Assembly: GCA_964016885.1 (NCBI GenBank)
Contig: OZ024742.1
Span: forward strand, 149,172,001-149,236,000
Length of the DNA: 64,000 bases
Direction of reading: 5' to 3'
Origin: Eledone cirrhosa
Taxonomy: Eukaryota
Positions 40,994-47,190 of the stretch are shown here, in pieces. Made by a program: the position numbers and the translations under genes. Every line of letters starts with the position of its first letter. Within the stretch, counting starts at the first letter, position 1. The notes beneath the pieces were generated by a model, which saw nothing but the letters and a program-made list of their open reading frames with translations, did not search any database and was not told the origin of the DNA.

Positions 40994-43900
40994 TATTGTG
41001 AATCTGGTTTAGAATAGGTACACCAATCATAAGAGGTGACTAAAAGTGTTGGTGTCAGGAAGGGCATTCATCTGTAAACCAATGCTTAAAATATCCCATC
41101 AAACTAATGCCAGCATGGAAAGGTTGGCGGAAAACACAAAACAATGATTTCTATGGTGATAATTGTGTAATATTGATGGATTGATGTGGGTCTTGGGACG
41201 AAATGTTGATTGTATCAAATTTAAGTAGAATAATTCATTAGACATTCTCTTGTATATCATTTGTCTGAGACATATCTAGTGTAGTATGTGAATTGTGCTG
41301 GAAGTTTTGTAGCTTTAACTAGTTTAATAGGAAGGCCAGCCTTGTGAAGGTTTTGTTTATGGTAGGATTTGAGTATAGATCTCTCAGCTAACAAAACATT
41401 TGGTAATTAATTACACTGTTCTTTTACATGCAATGGTGAATTGTAGTATTGTGTAGGATAATAATGTGTGTGTTTAAGAACACAACAAAAATATGAGAAT
41501 GAAGACTCAATCATTGCTACCCCAATGATATGAGCCTGGACTGAGGAAGAATGCTCTCTGGCATGCAGCATCCCAGGCACAAGCTGCATCCTGCTCCCAG
41601 CCGACAGAATGGGGATAGTGTTGCCCCAGATGATGGATAGGGAGATGTGTTGAAATAACCATTCCAACTTGTGAGGCTCACTTCTGTGGGTGGCCAACTC
41701 TGACCTGAAAGCAGTGAGTTGAGTTTTTCCTTTGGAGTCTATTTACAGTTAGAGGTGGATGTGGACTTTTGAGAATTAAACAATTGACAGGATAGATATA
41801 TAGGGCTTACCCTATTGTAATATTAGTGATAAAGATGATGATATCATTTATTGAAATTATTTTTGTTGTCTTGTAGCTAACAACATTGTTTTATATTTTT
41901 TATATCAGTGGGTATTCGCAAGTGTACCAGATCCACAACAATGTCCAGATTCAAGAATCTTCCAAACCCCAAAGGTAATATTTAGGAATTTCTTCTGTAT
42001 AATATAACAGATGTTTATTGTAGTCTAGAAAAAAAATCTTTTGACACGTGTATATTGCGTGTTACAGACTTTAGAGCCATGTTTATATTTTATATATAAT
42101 ATTACAGACTGTGGAAACATAACTATATTTTATATATAACACACATTGGCTATATAACAGCCATGTCTGTTAAATAAAAGGAAACAAGAGAGATCACTTA
42201 CCTTGGTATTTCAGATGGGTGGGTGATCCTGTCTTTCTGGTAATTGAGAGGGTCTCCACAAAAGACCCTTCTAAAACGTTTTTTGTTCTGTAGAAATCTT
42301 ATTTCAAAAGGTTGTTTAGTTTTCAGTATCTGTCTGTATAAGTTACTTATCTGGTGGTGTTTTAGGCAGGAGTTCATCACTCCCTCCCCCTTTGGTGAAT
42401 ACGTTTTGTGCTAGTGCCAAGAAAAAAGTACCCAGTAAGGCGGTTGTACTGGTGCCATGACAAAAAGCACCCAGTCTATTCTGTAAAGAGGTAGTGTGGG
42501 TGCCATGAAAAAAGCATTCAGTTCATCCTGTAAGGTAGTGCTGGAGTCATAATAAAATACTCCGATATACTGTAAAGTAGTTGGCGTTAAGAAGGACATT
42601 TAGCCGTAGAAATCAAGTAAAAAAATGGATTGTATGGAGCAAGACGGGGTCATCAGATCTGTCTGGCTTCATAACATGACAGCCTGTCTAACCCATGCAA
42701 ACATGGAAAATATATATTAAATGGTTATGATGATGATTTATCAGCTCCTTCATAAAATAGATGTTGTATCTTTGAATAAGAGTAAAATTGAGGTTGGAGT
42801 GGGTTTATGTGTTTGGTTGTTGGTTTTGTTGTTACTGTTTTTGTATTGGCTTTTGTTTTTAGTCTTTCTTTTGTGGTTGTAGTTGTATTTGTGACCTTTG
42901 CTTATGTTGTTAATGATATGATTGTGAAGAGTGGTTGGATGATGTGTTTTTGCTTCTGCATCAAATCTTCTGGCTTTAAGCTTAGGATATATATTTTTTT
43001 TCTTTTCATCTTCTGACAAAGCTCCCTTGTGAGTCTTACCAGTGTTGTATGACAGTTTGTGAGGCTAGAATGAGAAGTATGAAGTGAGTGAGTGTTTTTG
43101 TATGTTGGACTGTTTTTGTGTGGTGGGGTGGTGGAACAGTTTGTCTTGGTTGTAATGTTGCTCTTGAGCTGTTGTTGTCTTTGTGTATAGTTCTGTTGTT
43201 GTGAGTACTGTTTTTGTTGTGCTTACTGTTACTGTTGTGAGTCCTACTTATGTTGTGGGTGCTGCTATTATGAGAACTGCTGTTGTGTGAGCTGCTGTTG
43301 TGACTACTATTTCTGTTTTAGGTTTTGTTGTGTGTGCTCTGCTTCTCTTGTTGGTTTTGTCACAGATGTGTATGTAGTATTGGCAGTAGTAATGGGAAGC
43401 TTCCCTTTTTCAATGGTTTTGAACTTGAAAACCAAAGTGAATATGCCTTGGCCAAGGGTTTATCATGGCCTTGGATTCAATAACTCACCACCTTATCTAC
43501 TAACCTAGTGTGATAATACAATTTTAAAAAACAAGCTTGTATTTGACATGTTTTCATTTCCCTCCAGTTCTGACAAACTGGCTTTCTGTAAGGAAGCAGA
43601 AATTATAAGTTATTTTGTTTTATTTCTTTTTGTGTATTGATTAAAATAAATCTTTTCAAAGATGGAAAAAACCCTGGCAAAGAAAAGAGTGAAGAAAGAG
43701 AACAACGTCCAAGCACTCGATACTATTTCAATGACGGTCAGCTTTGCTATGTGATGGATGCCAAGTCGATGGGAAATTTGGGCCGTTTCCTCAATGTTAG
43801 TACTTCTATTATTTTTTTGTTTCGTGTTAAATCAGTTCATTTTCAGATGTGGTAAATTGACAAGTTCTGGTGCCTATGTAAGAGATATTTTCATTGACTA

Positions 43901-45813
43901 TTGTTGTTAGATAAAATGCTATTAACAACCAACTTCTTGTATTAAGGTAGACTCAAAGAAAATTGTGCGTATTTAGCAAAATACGTCTGTAAAACAGTAG
44001 TTGCTAATGCTAGTATTTTGGAGCTGGACATAATTTGTAATAATCATATTGTATGCTCTATCTCGGTTTTTAGAATTGGTACACTGTATCCCTATGTGTC
44101 GTAAGAGGCAACAAAAAGGATTGGCATCAAGAAGGGTACATGGCTGTAAAACATTCTCAAACCTTTCTGTCCTGCCTATGCCAGCATGGAAAAGTGGATG
44201 TAAAAACAATTATGATGTTCTGTGCTGCATTCAAATCTTCAAATGGTCAAAGTTGTAACAGATTGATGAATCTATTGAAATAATTGTTTCTACTATTGGC
44301 ACAAGGCCAGCAATTACCCAGTACATTACTGGTACTTTATTTTATCGACCCCGTAAGGATGAAAGGCAAAGTTAACCTCGGCGGGATTTGAACCCAGAAT
44401 GGCAAGGGCAGTAACTCTATGCGTCAAAGCATGGCGTCCGACCCTCTACCGATACTGCCAATCCACCGCCCCTGTATAATTGTTTCTACTTTTGGCACAA
44501 GGCCAGCAATTAGCCAGTGCATTACTGGTACTTTATTTTATCGACCCCCGTATGAAATAATGAAATGTATTTAACTGCTTAATAATGTTAAAGCTATGAG
44601 ACACGGTAATTGGCTGCTCAACTTGCACCTGTATCACACCTTAGCATCTGAGAGGGAAGGGCACACTGGATAATATAGTTAGAGATACCCTTAAAAAGAT
44701 GGGATGATGACGACTGAAATCCTTTTGACCAAAAGTCTATACAATTAGGGTTGACATGAAGCTGAAAAAACAATGCTAGCACATTTCCCATTAACACTTG
44801 ATAGTCTGCAGCATTGTTCTGCAGTATTAATGTACTTAACTGATTCATGATTTAAACTATATTTTTAATTTTAATATGATTTAACTTCTGCATAATTTTA
44901 GAGAAACATACTTCTCTTTGCTTCAAGCAAACTTCAATACTCTCTTATACTTCTCTTTGTTTATTTCATACTATTTATGACAATTTTAATTTACCAGTCC
45001 TAAAAAAATCACTGTGTATGTTATGTTTAGATGTTAAAATATTTCGTTTTTCATTTTGCAGCATAGTTGTTCTCCAAATGTCTTTGTTCAAAACGTTTTT
45101 GTGGATACACATGACCTTCGGTTTCCATGGGTGGCATTCTTTGCTGGACAGTAAGTAGATAACTATTTGATGTATTTCAAGTGTTCCTCCACGCAAAAAA
45201 TTGTACTTGTACTTCTAACGTTAAAAAAAAAACACGTGTTATTTCACTATATTAAGTGTTATTTTTCACGGTAAAGGCCTTATCACGCAGTAATCTCGAA
45301 TCGACAACATTTTGATAATGTTGTTTATTTTATGAAAGTGTGTGGCTGAGTGGTTAGAGATTGGATTCACAATCGTGAGGTTGTGATGCGTTATGTCCTT
45401 GAGCAAGACACTTTATTTCACATTGCTCCTTCTGCCTGGACTTGCGGCCGACAGATATTATTAGCAATTGGAAAGACCAATAGAAACATTGTTTCCTTGA
45501 TCCGATTTGAGGAGCTCTACTTAAGCAAATGAGGAATTGTTTATTTTTAGAACGATACCTTAGTGTGGGTTCTTTGGCTGGATTTGGCCAGCTTGAATGC
45601 TAAAGGGTTAAATTATATATTTGAAATTCTCTGAATCTTTATGGGTTCATGTTATAAATTTCACATACTATTTTCTTGTTTCTTCATATCTTCAGGTACA
45701 TACGAGCGGGAACAGAACTCACATGGGATTATAACTATGAAGTTGGCAGTGTTCCGGGCAAAATCCTTTATTGCTATTGTAGCTCAGCTGAATGTCGAGG
45801 TCGGCTCTTGTAG
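209..45813 (+). CDS. SETDB1: Histone-lysine N-methyltransferase SETDB1/eggless, spliced gene span (24 coding exons in window, N-terminus upstream)
   Basis: Hand-spliced exons join in frame with GT-AG ends. Diagnostic motifs: Tudor ([35 protein letters not shown]), MBD ([11 protein letters not shown]), pre-SET (CCDCTDGC), split SET ([11 protein letters not shown]...[14 protein letters not shown]...ELTWDYNY), post-SET ([13 protein letters not shown]). Confidence 0.97.
1842..1953 (+). CDS. SETDB1: SETDB1 exon: [37 protein letters not shown]
   Basis: ttttcag / gtaagt; phase 0 to 1; resembles SETDB1 Tudor 1-2 junction. Confidence 0.93.
2285..6206 (+). mobile_element. Near-full-length decayed RTE-clade LINE (APE endonuclease + RT + internal PHD finger), sense to SETDB1
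   Basis: ORF ~2678-5808 with [47 protein letters not shown] (4828-4839), RRLRWYGHV, GRPxKTW; one frameshift in a G run (~2860) and six in-frame stops; 3' (TGA)n tail ~6180-6206; 5' boundary approximate. Confidence 0.92.
7488..7800 (-). mobile_element. Old, internally deleted RTE LINE fragment related to the element at 2285-6206
   Basis: Peptide [11 protein letters not shown] fused directly to [21 protein letters not shown]. Confidence 0.75.
7820..8020. mobile_element. piggyBac-type MITE (family A), partial
   Basis: Ends ...ATGCTAAAGGG|TTAA; body matches 36766-36986. Confidence 0.7.
10624..10635 (+). other. Candidate 12-nt frame-preserving microexon of SETDB1 (GAAGCAAAAGTT)
   Basis: Long pyrimidine tract + TAG acceptor, perfect GTAAGT donor, length divisible by 3, no stop in phase 1; no transcript evidence available. 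Confidence 0.5.
11628..11733. repeat. Perfect 51-bp tandem duplication with TTAA at each junction
   Basis: TTAACCACTCGATTGTGCACCTTCAATGTTATAAACCAGAACACTAAAAGG x2 + TTAA. Confidence 0.95.
13689..13812. repeat. Minisatellite, ~23-bp unit CCTACATTTTACATCTGGCCTGAG, ~4 copies
   Basis: Direct inspection. Confidence 0.85.
16447..16657. mobile_element. piggyBac-type MITE (family B); related pieces near 8680, 9640, 14670, 20430-20620, 39480-39720, 55540-55670, 62236
   Basis: TTAA|CTCTTTTGTTACCA ... TGGTAAGGAAAGAG|TTAA terminal inverted repeats with TTAA target duplication. Confidence 0.75.
17784..17871 (+). CDS. SETDB1: SETDB1 exon: [30 protein letters not shown]
   Basis: ttttag / gtaatt; phase 1 to 2; Tudor 2 motif YAGIVAE. 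Confidence 0.93.
18712..18785 (+). CDS. SETDB1: SETDB1 exon: [24 protein letters not shown]
   Basis: ttttcag / gtaagt; phase 2 to 1. Confidence 0.95.
19619..19692 (+). CDS. SETDB1: SETDB1 exon: [25 protein letters not shown]
   Basis: tttcag / gtaagt; phase 1 to 0. Confidence 0.93.
20065..20123 (+). CDS. SETDB1: SETDB1 exon: [20 protein letters not shown]
   Basis: tttacag / gttaga; phase 0 to 2; Tudor 3 start. Confidence 0.93.
20232..20352 (+). CDS. SETDB1: SETDB1 exon: [40 protein letters not shown]
   Basis: ttgcag / gttagt; phase 2 to 0; Tudor 3. Confidence 0.96.
21238..21379 (+). CDS. SETDB1: SETDB1 exon: [47 protein letters not shown]
   Basis: ttcatag acceptor; weak GTATAT donor chosen because it gives the phase 1 needed by the next exon. 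Confidence 0.8.
21591..21852. repeat. Fold-back palindrome made of two inverted RTE-LINE 3' ends
   Basis: Paired arms 21657-21671/21794-21808, 21684-21699/21766-21781, 21711-21721/21744-21754; outward (CAT)n and (GAT)n tails. Confidence 0.85.
22046..22240 (+). CDS. SETDB1: SETDB1 exon, low-complexity linker with SVAKKST
   Basis: tttgccag / gtaact; phase 1 to 1. Confidence 0.88.
22520..22672. mobile_element. Small MITE with ~36-bp imperfect terminal inverted repeats
   Basis: AACAGTTAAGAAAATCAAGTAAAATACCTCTGGAGA ... TCTCCAGAGGTATTTTACCCAATTTTCTCAACTATT. Confidence 0.65.
22800..22898 (+). CDS. SETDB1: SETDB1 exon: [33 protein letters not shown]
   Basis: ttttacag / gttagt; phase 1 to 1. Confidence 0.85.
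23090..23450 (+). mobile_element. Decayed CRE-like non-LTR retrotransposon fragment (restriction-like endonuclease region)
   Basis: Broken reading with DGKRPDGVT ... AAE..K.LKY.EL...Y.FQAVAFE..GG.G. Confidence 0.7.
23588..24142. mobile_element. piggyBac-type MITE (family A) with nested SINE/RTE-tail insertion
   Basis: TTAA|CCCTTTAGCAT ... ATGCTAAAGGG|TTAA; insertion ~23790-24125. Confidence 0.8.
24257..24331 (+). CDS. SETDB1: SETDB1 exon: [25 protein letters not shown]
   Basis: ttacag / gtaagt; phase 1 to 1. Confidence 0.85.
24492..24603 (+). CDS. SETDB1: SETDB1 exon: [38 protein letters not shown]
   Basis: ttctag / gtaagt; phase 1 to 2; PHxCSxxC and MBD start. Confidence 0.93.
25985..26180 (-). 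mobile_element. tRNA-derived SINE with GCCTTTCATCCTT..GGGGTCGATAAAATAAAGTACCAG core (Meta/MESC-like); many copies, e.g. 1530-1740, 15753-15940, 17988-18120, 31320-31530, 40630-40800, 44280-44470, 62022-62215
   Basis: Repeated A/B-box head (GGCGGTGGATTGGCAG...GTTCAAATCC) plus shared core; domain name from memory, unverified. Confidence 0.75.
26200..26520 (+). mobile_element. CORE-like SINE (TGTCCTTGAGCAAGACACTT core); copies near 11410-11645(-), 23975-24120(-), 33080-33325, 45340-45430
   Basis: tRNA-like head followed by a CORE-type motif shared between copies. Confidence 0.65.
26728..26911 (+). CDS. SETDB1: SETDB1 exon, MBD core ([34 protein letters not shown]...FTFDP...PIK)
   Basis: ttaccag / gtaggt; phase 2 to 0. 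Confidence 0.95.
27600..27822 (+). mobile_element. Meta/MESC-like SINE copy, inverted relative to 25985-26180
   Basis: Same head and core, plus orientation. Confidence 0.75.
28800..29090 (-). mobile_element. CRE-like retrotransposon 3' fragment inside the Helitron
   Basis: [28 protein letters not shown] and [12 protein letters not shown]; nucleotide similarity to 41555-41725. Confidence 0.7.
29398..30568 (-). mobile_element. Internally deleted piggyBac transposon with transposase N-terminal remnant; SINE piece nested at ~29445-29550
   Basis: TTAA|CCCTTTAGCATTCA ... TGAACACTAAAGGG|TTAA; ORF 29797-30204 has [31 protein letters not shown], typical of piggyBac/PGBD. Confidence 0.9.
31618..31803 (+). 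CDS. SETDB1: SETDB1 exon, pre-SET start ([15 protein letters not shown]...CCDCTDGCR)
   Basis: ttgcag / gtaatg; phase 0 to 0. Confidence 0.96.
32492..32850 (-). mobile_element. CR1-type LINE 3' end; further copies 14190-14300(+), 56128-56320(-)
   Basis: Degenerate C-terminal FF..RVAEAW.K.PASVV motif and shared tail GTAGTGCACCTGAGCACT...(ATT)n. Confidence 0.75.
33657..33778 (+). CDS. SETDB1: SETDB1 exon: [41 protein letters not shown]
   Basis: ttttag / gtaatg; phase 0 to 2. Confidence 0.95.
34255..34429. mobile_element. piggyBac-type MITE (family A)
   Basis: TTAA|CCCTTTAGCATC ... GATGCTAAAGGG|TTAA. Confidence 0.85.
35240..35692 (-). mobile_element. Non-autonomous RTE-tail element with internal ~47-bp tandem array (~7 units); similar arrays 42400-42735, 63100-63468, 63580-64000
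   Basis: Units resemble the LINE 3' UTR at 5945-6050 and share its GGAAGGGCATCCAGC...CATGCTAGCATGGAAAA...(GAT)n end. Confidence 0.75.
35774..35878 (+). CDS. SETDB1: SETDB1 exon: [35 protein letters not shown]
   Basis: tttgcag / gtaaga; phase 2 to 2. Confidence 0.96.
35975..36005. repeat. (GT)n microsatellite
   Basis: Direct inspection. Confidence 0.95.
36766..36986. mobile_element. piggyBac-type MITE (family A)
   Basis: TTAA|CCCTTTAGCATTTA ... TAAATGCTAAAAGG|TTAA. Confidence 0.85.
37057..37150 (+). CDS. SETDB1: SETDB1 exon, SET N-half: [31 protein letters not shown]
   Basis: ttacag / gtatgt; phase 2 to 0. Confidence 0.96.
37653..37822 (+). CDS. SETDB1: SETDB1 exon: [30 protein letters not shown]...
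   Basis: aattag / gtaagt; phase 0 to 2; conserved GDEY and KEGYES motifs. Confidence 0.95.
37945..38215 (-). mobile_element. CRE-like retrotransposon 3' fragment
   Basis: [10 protein letters not shown]...[27 protein letters not shown]. Confidence 0.75.
39361..39453 (+). CDS. SETDB1: SETDB1 exon (SET insertion): [31 protein letters not shown]
   Basis: cctgtag / gtcagt; phase 2 to 2. Confidence 0.85.
39939..40189 (+). CDS. SETDB1: SETDB1 exon (SET insertion, acidic): [17 protein letters not shown]...EKPPGVG
   Basis: aaatag / gtttgt; phase 2 to 1 (alternative same-phase donor after 40180). Confidence 0.82.
41555..41725 (-). mobile_element. CRE-like retrotransposon 3' fragment
   Basis: [20 protein letters not shown]. 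Confidence 0.65.
41909..41974 (+). CDS. SETDB1: SETDB1 exon (SET insertion): [22 protein letters not shown]
   Basis: tatcag / gtaata; phase 1 to 1. Confidence 0.8.
43662..43795 (+). CDS. SETDB1: SETDB1 exon: [45 protein letters not shown]
   Basis: ttcaaag / gttagt; phase 1 to 0; SET C-half. Confidence 0.93.
45062..45150 (+). CDS. SETDB1: SETDB1 exon: [30 protein letters not shown]
   Basis: tttgcag / gtaagt; phase 0 to 2. Confidence 0.97.
45205..45607. mobile_element. piggyBac end fragment homologous to 30335-30568, with nested SINE
   Basis: Shared TTTCACTATATTAAGTGTT...GTAAAGGCCT...GCAGTAATCTCGAA; ends GCTAAAGGG|TTAA. Confidence 0.75.
45696..45813 (+). CDS. SETDB1: SETDB1 last coding exon: [38 protein letters not shown]
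   Basis: ttcag acceptor; TAG stop 45811-45813; post-SET CxCxxxxC. Confidence 0.97.
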
Positions 45814-46967
45814 AGTCAAATCTATCTTCATGGCATCAACTTGGCAATTTACATCATTTGCTATTGCTGCATGGGCTCTCTGCATGATCAGTCACCATTA
45901 GTTACATCGAAAGACCATTTTATACCAAATGGTATCATCACACACATTTACTAAAATTAGAAATTAACTTAATTGGTCAACAGCATGGAGGCTTTGATAA
46001 AAAGAACTGAAAGGATTAATATTTTGAAGATCTGCTGCTATTGGTATATATACGCCTTCGTCTGGACTAATCACTGAATCCAAGCTCTTGATTTTCATCT
46101 TTGACTGACTATATTGCTGTTAATTCCATGCATAAAAAGAAAAAGTTTTTTTTTTCAAACCCCATGTGTGGTAAACTTGGAAGAGATGTTAGAAGTCTGT
46201 CATATGTGCTCCCAAAAATTCCATTTCATTTTTAAATGTTATTGCATCCAAGGAAGAACAGTTAGAAAGAATAGTGCCTCTTTGATGCTGGTGTTTGTAC
46301 AAGTGCGTGTGTATGTGTACACACATATGCTGACTCTCCACAATGGTTAACAATCATCAGTTATATCTTAATTGTTTACCATTTTTTTTTTGTTTATTTG
46401 GCAATGTGACATTGAAGTAGGATTAGATTAAACATCCAAAACTAGATCTTTGTTTTGTATGTTTATTAAAAATCTCGCTTCTAGCTGATGTCGAATTTGT
46501 ATTGTAAGCATTATCATCAGTTTTCTAATTTGTGCTATCTGACCAAAACCACTCATTAAAATCAATAATTCCTTTCTCTTTCACAGACCCAGCATACATG
46601 CTTGGTCTTTGGAAGTTTTTGATCTCTTTATATCCTTATTTGTTTATCTTGCCAGCTCAGATGGGTAAAAGATGTTTAGTATAAATACTATGTGTCTAAC
46701 CATATTATCAGAATTATTATTTCATCAAGTATCAAGTTTTTGTTTTACAGTATTATATCAAAACATAATTGTTTTTTTTATTCAATTTACCCATATACAC
46801 ATCTGCACACAGAATACTGGTATAAACAAATTTACAGGCTATATTTTTAAATTGAAGGATTGAAATTTCTTCCAAAAACTTTTATGTCCTGAGTGTTTGC
46901 ATCATTCTTTCATCATCTCACTTGTAAATGTTCATTGTGATTTTTTTTCCTTCTGTACTTGAATAGA

Positions 46968-46973
46968 AATAAA
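46968..46973 (+). terminator. Putative SETDB1 polyadenylation signal (3' UTR ~45814-46990)
   Basis: AATAAA ending a ~1.15 kb AU-rich stretch with no recognisable TE, followed by T-rich sequence. Confidence 0.6.
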
Positions 46974-47048
46974 ATATTTGGAATATGATTTACTGCTTTT
47001 AGTCAGTCTAATGTAAAAAAGAAAAGCAGATTATATATATATATATTA

Positions 47049-47054
47049 TTTATT
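47049..47054 (-). terminator. Putative proximal poly(A) signal of FANCE-like gene
   Basis: AATAAA on the minus strand ~35 nt after the stop codon. Confidence 0.45.
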
Positions 47055-47088
47055 CAGGCTCTCAAGTCTACCAATGACATCACTCTAA

Positions 47089-47190
47089 TTACTTAGATAA
47101 ATCCTTCAGCATATTAATCAGGGCATTCTTTAAGGGAGTCTTGTGCTGTTTTACAATTTGATTAATGTCGTTAATGTGTTCCGTCTCCAA
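47089..47190 (-). CDS. FANCE: FANCE-like last coding exon: LETEHINDINQIVKQHKTPLKNALINMLKDLSK*
   Basis: tttcacag acceptor; TAA stop at 47091-47089. Confidence 0.87.
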   Translation of the reverse strand: METEHINDINQIVKQHKTPLKNALINMLKDLSK

